Below are positions 1 to 8,376 of a stretch of DNA of 64,000 nucleotides, in pieces. Position 1 is the stretch's first letter, and the number at the start of each line of letters is the position of its first letter. Position numbers and translations under genes: made by a program. Where the stretch lies: sequence record NC_061444.1; one strand, written 5' to 3'. The notes beneath the pieces are model-generated. The model searched no databases. It worked only from the letters and a program-made list of their open reading frames with translations, and was not told the DNA's origin.

Positions 1-26
1 TTAGTCTTCTGATTAAAGCGCTCTCT

Positions 27-851
27 GTGCCTCGCGATCAAAAAATGATCTACATTCAGGAACTCAAAATGGAGCGTAACTTCATTTATGTGTTTCTGGA
101 AAATGTAATTAAACGGTACTACGCGGCTTACGTCGATTTGTATCGGGCATTTATCAGTACGCAAGATCCGATTCGTCGTGACGCGTATTCGAAGCGCCTG
201 AACGTGTACGTGAAAATGTTTGGTGCAGAGTCTCGCTCCAAGCTGTTCGTCGCGCTGTGTCGCCTGAACGATTTGCTGCCGCAGTTTATGGAATACTTCC
301 ACTCGGTAGTTGCTGACTTCTATAGACTATGCAGCAAGCAAACAAAATTTTATGTTGATACGAACCGTGGTAAGCTGTATGACAGCAAAGACGTGCGCCA
401 GAACTTCCTGCGTAACGTCATCGTGGCTATCAACAAGTATGACTCGTCGCGCGGTGCGATTGTGAGTTATACGAAGTGGTGGATCTTGAACGCACAAACC
501 TGTAGTAGTAGCGAGCATGAATATGGCATCGCGTATACTATCCCACAGACTCAACGTAAGAAACTGGCTACAGGCGAAGACACCACTTCTCTGAATTTCT
601 CGGTAAGTCTCGATACTCCTGCGAATGAATCTGATGAAGGTGCGGACGCGTCCCTACATCAAAAAGTGAGTGACCATCATCACTTAGAAGATCACGTAGA
701 TAGTGAAAGACGTACTGAAAAACTGAGACTGCTTATTAAGCGCGTAGACCCTCTCGGCGTTGCTCGTTTAACGATGGACGTTGGTGAGGAGTTCGATAAG
801 TTCGAACTTGATTTAATGCGTAGACATATGCAAGCTCAAGGGCTAGCCTAA
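27..851 (+). CDS. sigma-70 family RNA polymerase sigma factor-like protein (frame open from window edge; true start may be 46 or upstream of window)
   Basis: DVRQNFLRNVIVAINKYDSSRGAIVSYTKWWILNAQ matches sigma-70 regions 2.2-2.4 (DLIQEG...[25 protein letters not shown]); SVSLDTPANESDE matches region 3.2; no region 4.2 HTH. Confidence 0.75.
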   Translation: MPRDQKMIYIQELKMERNFIYVFLENVIKRYYAAYVDLYRAFISTQDPIRRDAYSKRLNVYVKMFGAESRSKLFVALCRLNDLLPQFMEYFHSVVADFYRLCSKQTKFYVDTNRGKLYDSKDVRQNFLRNVIVAINKYDSSRGAIVSYTKWWILNAQTCSSSEHEYGIAYTIPQTQRKKLATGEDTTSLNFSVSLDTPANESDEGADASLHQKVSDHHHLEDHVDSERRTEKLRLLIKRVDPLGVARLTMDVGEEFDKFELDLMRRHMQAQGLA

Positions 852-901
852 AACTGTAAACATTGCTCACACAAGAGCGAACTCAATATTGAGGAACAAC
901 A

Positions 902-2167
902 ATGGCACGTGGATTTGGTGACATTCAAGACAACAGCAAACGCGATAGTTTGCGCGAGTCGGAAATCTTTGAAATCTTCCCTCTTTCGAAGAAAGCAAAC
1001 GGCAACTGGGTTTCAATTCGTCTGCTGAATCTTGACCTGCTTCCAATCAAGAAGCACTGGATCAAGATCATGGGCGGGAAAGACAAAGACAAAGAGATCA
1101 AAATCCCGCGCATGTGCGTTAGCTTCGACCCGGATAATCAGAACAAACCTCTGAACGGTATGAAGTGTCCGTACTGTGGCATTGCTCACGGTAACGACGA
1201 ATCTGGTGCGCCAGCGCAGTACGACTATAAGTGGTATGCGCAAGCGATCATTCGTGACGAGCAGGCTGCTGCGCCGCGTAAAATGCCGAAGCTCACTAAG
1301 CAAGAGCAGAAGACCGGCAAGAAAGAAATGGGCAGCGAGGCTTGGACTCCTGTCATGTGTATTCCGCTGTCGAACTCTCTGGCCGGCAAAATCCGCGAAC
1401 TGGGTGAACGTAACATTCATACAGTCAAAGATAAGAAGTCTGGTAAGAAGTCGAAGCAGGCGTTCCAGGTCAACGATGACAAGTACGGTTGTGATATTGA
1501 AATCAAATACAACCCGAAAAAATCTCCGGCAGAGCGTTACACAATCGAACGTGGTGATCACACGCCACTGACGAAGGAAGAGAAAGAGTACCTGACCTGG
1601 GACTTCGATAACTGGAACGAAATCTACGACATGCTCGGTCGTCTTGATGAAGCTGCTGCTTTGGCTGACTTCAAGAAGATGGACGTTATCGGTGTCAACA
1701 CCAACGATGATGACGGTGATGACGACGACGATGACGGCGATGATGACATGTCTCTCGGCCGCAAAAAGAAAGGCGGCAAAGCAGACAAGAAAAAACGTCG
1801 CAACGACGACGATGACGACGACGATGACGACGATGAAGATGATCGTCCTTCGAAGTCCAAGAAGTCAAAAGCGTCCAAGTCTCGTAAGCTGTTAGACGAT
1901 GACGAAGACGATGATGACGACGAAGACGATGAAGATGATCGTCCGTCCAAGAAAAAGAAATCTTCGAAGGACAAAAAGTCCTCGAAGGTTAAGTCGAAGA
2001 AGTCTAAGAAGTCGGACGATGAGGACGACGACGAAGACGACGCACCTAAGAAGAAGAAAAAGAAATCTTCTGACAAGGTGAAATCATCCGATAAGAAGAA
2101 AAACAAAAAGTCTTCTGATGACGATGACGACGACGCTCCGAAGAAGAAGAAAAAGAAAAAGAAGTAA
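902..2167 (+). CDS. single-stranded DNA-binding protein, T4 gp32-like, with long acidic/lysine block C-terminal tail
   Basis: Lies directly before recA-like gene; IRLL...KHW...C...CPYC Zn pattern typical of gp32 family; last ~160 aa are D/E and K/S blocks; SD GAGG. Confidence 0.7.
   Translation: MARGFGDIQDNSKRDSLRESEIFEIFPLSKKANGNWVSIRLLNLDLLPIKKHWIKIMGGKDKDKEIKIPRMCVSFDPDNQNKPLNGMKCPYCGIAHGNDESGAPAQYDYKWYAQAIIRDEQAAAPRKMPKLTKQEQKTGKKEMGSEAWTPVMCIPLSNSLAGKIRELGERNIHTVKDKKSGKKSKQAFQVNDDKYGCDIEIKYNPKKSPAERYTIERGDHTPLTKEEKEYLTWDFDNWNEIYDMLGRLDEAAALADFKKMDVIGVNTNDDDGDDDDDDGDDDMSLGRKKKGGKADKKKRRNDDDDDDDDDDEDDRPSKSKKSKASKSRKLLDDDEDDDDDEDDEDDRPSKKKKSSKDKKSSKVKSKKSKKSDDEDDDEDDAPKKKKKKSSDKVKSSDKKKNKKSSDDDDDDAPKKKKKKKK
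1700..2164 (+). repeat. low-complexity alternating poly-Asp and poly-Lys blocks with internal duplications (DDRPSK x2, DDAPKKKKKK x2)
   Basis: Directly visible in translation and GAC/GAT/AAG/AAA-rich DNA. Confidence 0.95.
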
Positions 2168-2175
2168 TCTGAAAC

Positions 2176-2200
2176 AGGGTGGCTAACGCCGCCCTTTCTT
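2176..2200 (+). terminator. probable intrinsic terminator
   Basis: AGGGTGGC-TAAC-GCCGCCCT stem followed by TTCTT just after SSB stop. Confidence 0.65.
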
Positions 2201-2224
2201 CTCTCTAATCTGGACTATCCAACA

Positions 2225-4750
2225 ATGGCAAAAACGAACAACAAGGCTGAGAAAAAAGCTGAGAAGAAAGCTAAAGTCAAAGCCTCTAAGTCGAATGACA
2301 AAGCAGTCGCCTCTGATGATATCGGTGGCGTTGAAGTATTAGGCTTTGACCTCGGCAGCATGATGGATGACGTGCTCGACGGCATCGAAAAGAAAACGAA
2401 AGTAAGCTCTGCCGATGCAGCACGACACGCACCTCGTATCTCTACCGGTGTGCTTGCGCTTGATATGTACCTTGACGGTGGTATCGTACCTGGCGGTTGG
2501 TATACGTTCAGCGGCGGTGAGCAGTCGTGTAAGTCAACAATGACCATGAGTATCATGGCGAGTCTGATTCGTCTGAAATACTCTGGCATTAGCGTAGTGT
2601 TCGACTACGAAGGTTCGACCGATGCTGAATACGTTGCGGGTCAGCTCAAAACATTCGGTGTTAAAGTCGATCCGAAAACAATCTTCGGTGTGCGTGACGA
2701 AGACGGCTCGTGGATTATCAAGCCTAAGATTCGTTACTATGCACCTGACAACGGTGAGCGCTTCTTCGATTATATGTCGATGCTGCGTCGTCGTCTGCCT
2801 GACAAGATCGTAGAGAAAGACGGCTCTGCGTATTATCTCTTTGAGAACAACAAAGAGAACGCGAAGAAGCTGGCCGGTAAGTACGACAAGAAGTGGTTCA
2901 GTCGTAACAACCAGTTCAAAGTTCCTGCTGCTGATGGTCACATGCAAGCGGCGGTTATCGTTGACTCCTATCCAGCAATGCTGCCTGATCAGGTCGATGA
3001 CGATGACGGTTCAAAAGCAATGGCACTGCAAGCGCGTATGTTCTCTGACGGTATCAAACGTTTCCGTGGTGGTATGCGCCGTAAGATGATGACCATTGTG
3101 GGCGTTAACCAGTTGCGTCAGAAGCCTGCTGTAATGTTCGGTAGCCCTGAGTACGAACCGGGTGGTGATGCGCTCAAGTTCTACTGCTTCGACCGTGAGA
3201 CTCAGATTCGTACTGATCACGGTGTGCTGACTGCACCTCAGATCAAAGAGCTTCTGGACAACGGCACTGAGGTGCGCGTTGAGTCGTTCGACGGTTATCA
3301 GAAAATTCAGGCGGTGTGGCAGGTTGAAGACGCGCCATTCCCAATCGAAATGAATGCTGGTGGGCACACGTATATCGGTAGCGCCGAGCATCGTCAGTTC
3401 ACGTTTATGTATGACTGGACTGACGAAGGTATGATGGTCCTGCGTCCTGAGTGGAACACACTTGACCAGCTTGCTAAGTGGCCTGATAAGAAAGGTCAGT
3501 ATGCGGGTCTGCGTGTACCGCCAGTGAAAGAACTGAAACAGAACGTGCCTGACGCATTCGACGAAGCAAGCCAGCTCGTTCGTAATCTTCTGGGCAACTG
3601 CGATCCGGTAAGCGTTCAATTGCCGCTGGCTACTCACGGTGATGCGACCTATGCCGCTAACGTGCTGACCATTGATATGGTAGGCGAAAGCACCGACGTG
3701 TCTGACTTCTCGTTCTGGGCTAAGAAGCTGCTTGATATCGGTGTGTACGCATACGCTGATGAAAGCGGTCTGCACATGCCGGGCCTGAACAAATACGAGC
3801 TGGAGCAAGCTGTTGAGCAATACGCTGACGGTGAGTTTGTTGGTCTGTCGTTCGAAGCCACCAGCCGTCAACGTCAAACGCAGATGCTGTCTGTTATTGC
3901 TGACGTGTTCCCTGAACTGACTCGCTACGTTCTGGACTATCAGTTGCAGACTGGTCAGGATAAAATCTATCTGGCACCAGAGAATGACTTCGCTCAGGCT
4001 CTCGACCTGATTCTGCACAAACAGATTGCAGGCTATGATGACCTGTACGATCTGCTGATGACTCAGCTCGCTTACGTTGAAGACTGGTTCAACTTCGACA
4101 ACTCGATTGTGCCTGTGCCGTTCACGCTCAAAGCTCTCGACAAGCCTGTTGAGTTCTGGGACGTCAACGTTGAAGAAACCTCTGTGGTTATCACTAACGG
4201 TTTCGTATCGCATAACAGTGACGTGCGTGTTCGTCTGGCTTCTCGCGCAGTGCCAGAAGGTTGGCCGAAACTCAAAGACGCGCCTGGCGTTGTCGGAGAG
4301 AAGTCTGTTACTGTCGAAGGTGGTACTGACCGCTATCGCTTCATTGCTGCTAAGACCATCAAGAACAAGATGGGCGGCATTCCAAACCAGAGCACTTGGT
4401 TGCGTCTGTGGGAAGCTGACGGTAATGGTGAAGCGCGTGGCTTCGACCCAGTGTTCGATACGTGGCACTATCTGAAAGTTCTCGGTCTGATCAACGGTAC
4501 TCGTAAGAACTTCAAGATCAAGGCGCCGTGTCCTCTTGCGTCCGAAGTCAAGATGGACTGGGATGATTTCCGTACTCTTATCAACGGCAGCAAGGAACAA
4601 GTTGTCGCTGTCTGTAAGAAACTGAAAGTCAAACCTGCCGGTCTGCGTCTGTGGTGCTTCAAGTTCGTGCAGTCCGCGAAAGGCAAAGAAATGTTGAAAG
4701 CGTCTATCAGTAAGTCTGCGAAGTCTTCTGATGACGGTGACGACGATTAA
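2225..4750 (+). CDS. recA: RecA/UvsX-like recombinase containing an intein
   Basis: Walker A GGEQSCKST; VIVDSYPAM Walker B; NQLRQKPAVMFGSPEYEPGGDALKFY matches RecA NQIR...VMFGNPETTTGGNALKFY; IKNK. Confidence 0.92.
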   Translation: MAKTNNKAEKKAEKKAKVKASKSNDKAVASDDIGGVEVLGFDLGSMMDDVLDGIEKKTKVSSADAARHAPRISTGVLALDMYLDGGIVPGGWYTFSGGEQSCKSTMTMSIMASLIRLKYSGISVVFDYEGSTDAEYVAGQLKTFGVKVDPKTIFGVRDEDGSWIIKPKIRYYAPDNGERFFDYMSMLRRRLPDKIVEKDGSAYYLFENNKENAKKLAGKYDKKWFSRNNQFKVPAADGHMQAAVIVDSYPAMLPDQVDDDDGSKAMALQARMFSDGIKRFRGGMRRKMMTIVGVNQLRQKPAVMFGSPEYEPGGDALKFYCFDRETQIRTDHGVLTAPQIKELLDNGTEVRVESFDGYQKIQAVWQVEDAPFPIEMNAGGHTYIGSAEHRQFTFMYDWTDEGMMVLRPEWNTLDQLAKWPDKKGQYAGLRVPPVKELKQNVPDAFDEASQLVRNLLGNCDPVSVQLPLATHGDATYAANVLTIDMVGESTDVSDFSFWAKKLLDIGVYAYADESGLHMPGLNKYELEQAVEQYADGEFVGLSFEATSRQRQTQMLSVIADVFPELTRYVLDYQLQTGQDKIYLAPENDFAQALDLILHKQIAGYDDLYDLLMTQLAYVEDWFNFDNSIVPVPFTLKALDKPVEFWDVNVEETSVVITNGFVSHNSDVRVRLASRAVPEGWPKLKDAPGVVGEKSVTVEGGTDRYRFIAAKTIKNKMGGIPNQSTWLRLWEADGNGEARGFDPVFDTWHYLKVLGLINGTRKNFKIKAPCPLASEVKMDWDDFRTLINGSKEQVVAVCKKLKVKPAGLRLWCFKFVQSAKGKEMLKASISKSAKSSDDGDDD
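3185..4216 (+). mobile_element. intein (344 aa, residues 321-664) with degenerate homing-endonuclease-like insert
   Basis: Block A CFDRETQIRTDHG directly after ALKFY; block B SAEH; blocks F/G WDVNVEETSVVITNGFVSHN followed by +1 Ser; removal restores ALKFY-SDVRVRL. Confidence 0.9.
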
Positions 4751-4757
4751 TAATTGC

Positions 4758-4783
4758 GGGAGGGCTTCGGCTCTCCCTTTTCT
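4758..4783 (+). terminator. intrinsic terminator
   Basis: GGGAGGGC-TTCG-GCTCTCCC-TTTT (cUUCGg loop). Confidence 0.85.
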
Positions 4784-4799
4784 CGTATAAGGAGAACCA

Positions 4800-5222
4800 A
4801 TGCGTACTCAAATCTTTACTGCCGATATCGTCAATCTGGAAAAGACGGAGACCGTCGAAGAAACTGGCGAAGAGATTGTTAGTCAGACAATCGTACCAAA
4901 CGTCGAAGGCGAACTGACCGTCAGTGTTGACGAGCTTGTGCGTCTGTCTGAGGGTTTAACTGAACCTACTGACTCTGACTGTCGCCTGATCGTTATCGCA
5001 TCGCCTGATGCCGTACCTCTATTCTACGGCGAAGCGCTGTCTGACTACTTCGATCCAATCGAACGTGTTGCAGATATCGAAGCTGGCAACATCGGCTCTA
5101 TCGTTGGTATGCAGGTTGTTCGTGGTCTGCAAGGCGAGCACCCATACGTTGCGGTCGTGGAAGTGCGCGACGCTGACACCGTAGAGATCGTTCGTTACAA
5201 CGCGTCTGTAGTAAAACTGTAA
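4800..5222 (+). CDS. hypothetical protein (acidic, 140 aa)
   Basis: AAGGAG SD; phage-like codon usage. Confidence 0.85.
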   Translation: MRTQIFTADIVNLEKTETVEETGEEIVSQTIVPNVEGELTVSVDELVRLSEGLTEPTDSDCRLIVIASPDAVPLFYGEALSDYFDPIERVADIEAGNIGSIVGMQVVRGLQGEHPYVAVVEVRDADTVEIVRYNASVVKL

Positions 5223-5260
5223 ATACCTAGTGGGAGCAAGTCTCCCACATTCTCTCGCTT

Positions 5261-5311
5261 GATAGGCAATGCGCCACAAGCAAAACAACCAACTCGATAG
5301 GCAATGCGCCA
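5261..5311 (+). repeat. 16-bp direct repeat GATAGGCAATGCGCCA x2 (5261-5276, 5296-5311)
   Basis: Exact duplication with 19-nt A/C-rich spacer, ending at the SD of the 5322 gene. Confidence 0.9.
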
Positions 5312-5321
5312 GGAGTGACTT

Positions 5322-6023
5322 ATGAAAAAGATTCAAACTAATATTCTGCCGACCGAAGCTCTGCATGGTTTAATTCACGGTTATGCACGTCAGGCCAAAC
5401 AGCCAGATGCTGCAAGCAAAACATTGTTCTACGTGGACGTCACTGAACGCAGCGCTAACGATGCGCTATATGCTATTCTGCGTCGTGATATCCCTGCAAA
5501 TATCGTCGGTACTGCCTACGATTGCATTTCGAATTTCCGAGGACATACAGCACCTGCTCAACTTCCTGTTGTGCTGTCCGAGAGCTTATATCACATAAGT
5601 CTTGATAGACTCTCCAGTTCTCTCGCAGGTATCTTCGACGCTCTGTGCCGCACCGTACATACGAACGACACGCAAATCACTATCTATGGTGAACCTGCGG
5701 TTGAGAAACTCCTGTCTATTGTTCGAGACACGCAATTCAAAGACTTCTTAGATGTGTGTACGCCACAACTTGCTTGTGGTGACTTCGACCTAAAGTCTAA
5801 TATCACTGTAGACAACTTCGTGTCTATGGCAATCGACCCTGAGTTTGAAAAGCGTGTTCAGGAGATGCCAGCGACCACTTATACTTTTGGTCGGGACTTC
5901 ATGTTCATGCACTATGAAGACCTGCACAAAGTCATTCAGATGCTGCGTCGATATAAAAAGAATTGTATGCTGCATCCGGATCTGATGCGCTACTACTTCA
6001 TGAACGTAATCTGTAAATATTGA
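5322..6023 (+). CDS. hypothetical protein (233 aa), probable distant paralog of 7187-7945
   Basis: AGGAG SD; shared C-terminal pattern with 7187 ORF. Confidence 0.8.
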   Translation: MKKIQTNILPTEALHGLIHGYARQAKQPDAASKTLFYVDVTERSANDALYAILRRDIPANIVGTAYDCISNFRGHTAPAQLPVVLSESLYHISLDRLSSSLAGIFDALCRTVHTNDTQITIYGEPAVEKLLSIVRDTQFKDFLDVCTPQLACGDFDLKSNITVDNFVSMAIDPEFEKRVQEMPATTYTFGRDFMFMHYEDLHKVIQMLRRYKKNCMLHPDLMRYYFMNVICKY

Positions 6024-6071
6024 TCACCAACCGAACACAAATGCTGTGTGTAGTCTAGCCCGATTTGGGCA

Positions 6072-6104
6072 GGGGAGAGCCGGATGGCCTCCCCATTTTT
6101 TTTT
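6072..6104 (+). terminator. intrinsic terminator immediately upstream of AcrVA2-like gene
   Basis: GGGGAG-A-GCC-GGAT-GGC-CTCCCC then T9. Confidence 0.8.
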
Positions 6105-6117
6105 GTCTGAGGGTTTT

Positions 6118-7140
6118 ATGTCTGAAAAAGAAACATTCGTCCAAGTACATGAGGCTTACCTGCAAGAGTCTGCCTCTCGCGGCGCAGCACGATCAAAAAT
6201 AACTGATCAATTCACTACGTACCTGAAAAAGAACAATGGCAAACTTCCTGCACTTGGAGTACCTATGGAAGAGTTTGTTCGTTGGGCTAATATGATTCCT
6301 ACGGAGATCAATCCTGACATAGCGCGTCAGTTAATGTTTATTTCGTCAGCGACCTATACGCATTATGTTTGGTCTTTTACGAAAGCATCGTTTGTGATTG
6401 AGAAAGAACTGTGGCCTCATCTGATTGAGGGCGATGCGCCTAAAGTTCTGCCCACTTCTACACTGCGCCAATTGCCTCATTGGTCACAGTGGATCAATTG
6501 CGTGTTCACACTCGACTACAAACATGCCGCGACTGGACACAAATACGAAATTGATATTGAAGGGTTCTGGGCAACATACGTCAACTACCAAGAGGCAACT
6601 CACCTGAGCCTGTCCTGCTTAGGTGTGTATAATGACGGCACAGGCAATCAAGTAATGTCGCTCTATATCATATTCGACATTACCAAAGACATGGAGCTGT
6701 CCGACGGTTTCGATTGGTTCATGCACCTAGTTGGCGGTAGAGGCGCAACTGGTGTGGACATTAATTCCGACAATGGTAGTGAGGTCAATGAGGCCGTTAT
6801 GGCTCTCATGAAGCCTGTCGTTAACGTGTTGCTATTTGTCGCATCGCAAGTAGACAACATCTATAAAGGAGGGATCAAGTCACTCAAACCTAGACGTAGC
6901 GGTAACAGCTACAAAATCATTCCTGTTCGTGATGTTCGTGAGTGGAATGTTGGTACAGAGCTACTGAATGAAATTCGTACCTACGAAAACGAAGTGAAGT
7001 CTCACGAATCAAATGGTCGCCGTGCTCACATACGACGAGCGCACCATCATAGCTACTGGTATGGCCCTCTCAAGGGTGAGCGTGAATTGAAATCGCGCTG
7101 GGTACCACCATGTGTTGTTCGCGGCACTGTCGTAGAATAA
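6118..7140 (+). CDS. AcrVA2/FinQ family protein
   Basis: Collinear motifs recalled from AcrVA2: W..T.., PTS.L..LP.W, I.GFWA.Y, (L/V)LL(W/F), (I/V)G..L..E(V/I)R.Y and C-terminal HIRR(G/A)H.H.YW.G...RW.P..V; ATG 6118 has GAGG SD. Confidence 0.75.
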   Translation: MSEKETFVQVHEAYLQESASRGAARSKITDQFTTYLKKNNGKLPALGVPMEEFVRWANMIPTEINPDIARQLMFISSATYTHYVWSFTKASFVIEKELWPHLIEGDAPKVLPTSTLRQLPHWSQWINCVFTLDYKHAATGHKYEIDIEGFWATYVNYQEATHLSLSCLGVYNDGTGNQVMSLYIIFDITKDMELSDGFDWFMHLVGGRGATGVDINSDNGSEVNEAVMALMKPVVNVLLFVASQVDNIYKGGIKSLKPRRSGNSYKIIPVRDVREWNVGTELLNEIRTYENEVKSHESNGRRAHIRRAHHHSYWYGPLKGERELKSRWVPPCVVRGTVVE

Positions 7141-7186
7141 CTCTCTTAATCAACTCCACGTATGGGCGTTATGCCCGGAGGTTAAT

Positions 7187-7945
7187 ATGTCTCGTGTACA
7201 AACTCTATGGATTCCTGATATGGAATCGTATGAGCCTTACGTTCGTTCTCTGTGCCACATGGCTCGCGCTCTGGAGAACAATGGCCTGAACTACGGTAAA
7301 ATGAAGCGTGTTGTGTTCATCGGTCTGTCAAAGCGTAGCGTCGAATCCTACGTCAAACAGCTTCTCAATTCAAACACGTTGCCTAATACGCTCGTCTGTT
7401 TTGGTATTGACGAAGCACCCAACAGCCACAAAGAATTTTCATTCATCGGCTCTCATGTTGTGTTGATGCACGACCTGATGTATGCCGGTGATAATGCAAT
7501 GGTCCGTGTGTCGCAACGTGTTCTCGAAATCATTCTGAGTCTCAAGCAGCGACCAGAAGATCGCGAACTTAAAAACGGTTCGCTGTCGCTTGTATATCAG
7601 AGTCCGATGCTGTGGTCTTATATTCGAGACAACGGCGCCAGCATGTACAATCACAACCCGCGCATCCAATATCAAGAAGGCCTGATATCATCCATCGGTG
7701 TTGAGCAGCTCATGTCCTGTCAAAACAATGAGGACTACCACAAGCTACATGCACCTGTGATTACGATCGGCCTTGAGTTCTTCCACGTCAAGCCTGATGA
7801 ACTTCTGTCTAAGCTCTGCAATCTGATGTGGTCGCTCGGTACAACCACCAGCGAAGTTAAGGACACGTACAAGATCGTATTGCATGATGACTTCCGACTC
7901 GCCTTCTTCGAGGAATTTCTGCTACGCGACTTTAAGGGCTTTTAA
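7187..7945 (+). CDS. hypothetical protein (252 aa), probable distant paralog of 5322-6023
   Basis: GGAGG SD; long ORF. Confidence 0.85.
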   Translation: MSRVQTLWIPDMESYEPYVRSLCHMARALENNGLNYGKMKRVVFIGLSKRSVESYVKQLLNSNTLPNTLVCFGIDEAPNSHKEFSFIGSHVVLMHDLMYAGDNAMVRVSQRVLEIILSLKQRPEDRELKNGSLSLVYQSPMLWSYIRDNGASMYNHNPRIQYQEGLISSIGVEQLMSCQNNEDYHKLHAPVITIGLEFFHVKPDELLSKLCNLMWSLGTTTSEVKDTYKIVLHDDFRLAFFEEFLLRDFKGF

Positions 7946-8018
7946 GAATATTCTTAGTCCGCTATCTAATTTCTATATGTTGGCAAGTAGTGCTGACGTA
8001 TCGTTATTGGAGAATAAC

Positions 8019-8279
8019 ATGTGCGGACGTAGCCTATTACGGTTGAAGTACAACGCACGGTCCTCGAACTGGTGCAATAATAAAGTAAACGCTTGTAGCG
8101 AGCGGAAGGCGATAAACGTCCAGTGCGAACAATTCTTGGAAGCAACCAAAGATTGTCGTTCTGTGCAGAAGTCGTCAAGTGTAGTTTCTTTCTTCAAAGG
8201 TCAAGAGCTGGTTGGTCAAGCTATTTGGCATGAGATAGAGGGCGACAACACGCTTCAATTCCGGTTGCTACTTGCCTAA
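8019..8279 (+). CDS. hypothetical protein (86 aa)
   Basis: GGAG SD before ATG 8019; fills gap before terminator. Confidence 0.5.
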   Translation: MCGRSLLRLKYNARSSNWCNNKVNACSERKAINVQCEQFLEATKDCRSVQKSSSVVSFFKGQELVGQAIWHEIEGDNTLQFRLLLA

Positions 8280-8283
8280 CGAT

Positions 8284-8318
8284 AAAAGGGCTTTCAGAGA
8301 TGATCTGATGGCCCTTTT
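8284..8318. terminator. hairpin terminator, potentially bidirectional
   Basis: AAAAGGGC..TCAGA-GATGA-TCTGA..GCCCTTTT. Confidence 0.7.
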
Positions 8319-8376
8319 CTTATTCTAACACTAATTTTCACCTGTCATTACACACAACCGAACTCGGAGTACTCAC

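Noticed and set aside
2510-2545. Walker A GGEQSCKST lacking the conserved Gly as a sign of an inactive RecA
   Set aside because: T4 UvsX also has a non-Gly residue at this position; Lys-Ser/Thr is retained
5261-5311. CRISPR array
   Set aside because: Only two 16-bp repeats with a 19-nt spacer, not palindromic, and no cas genes in the window
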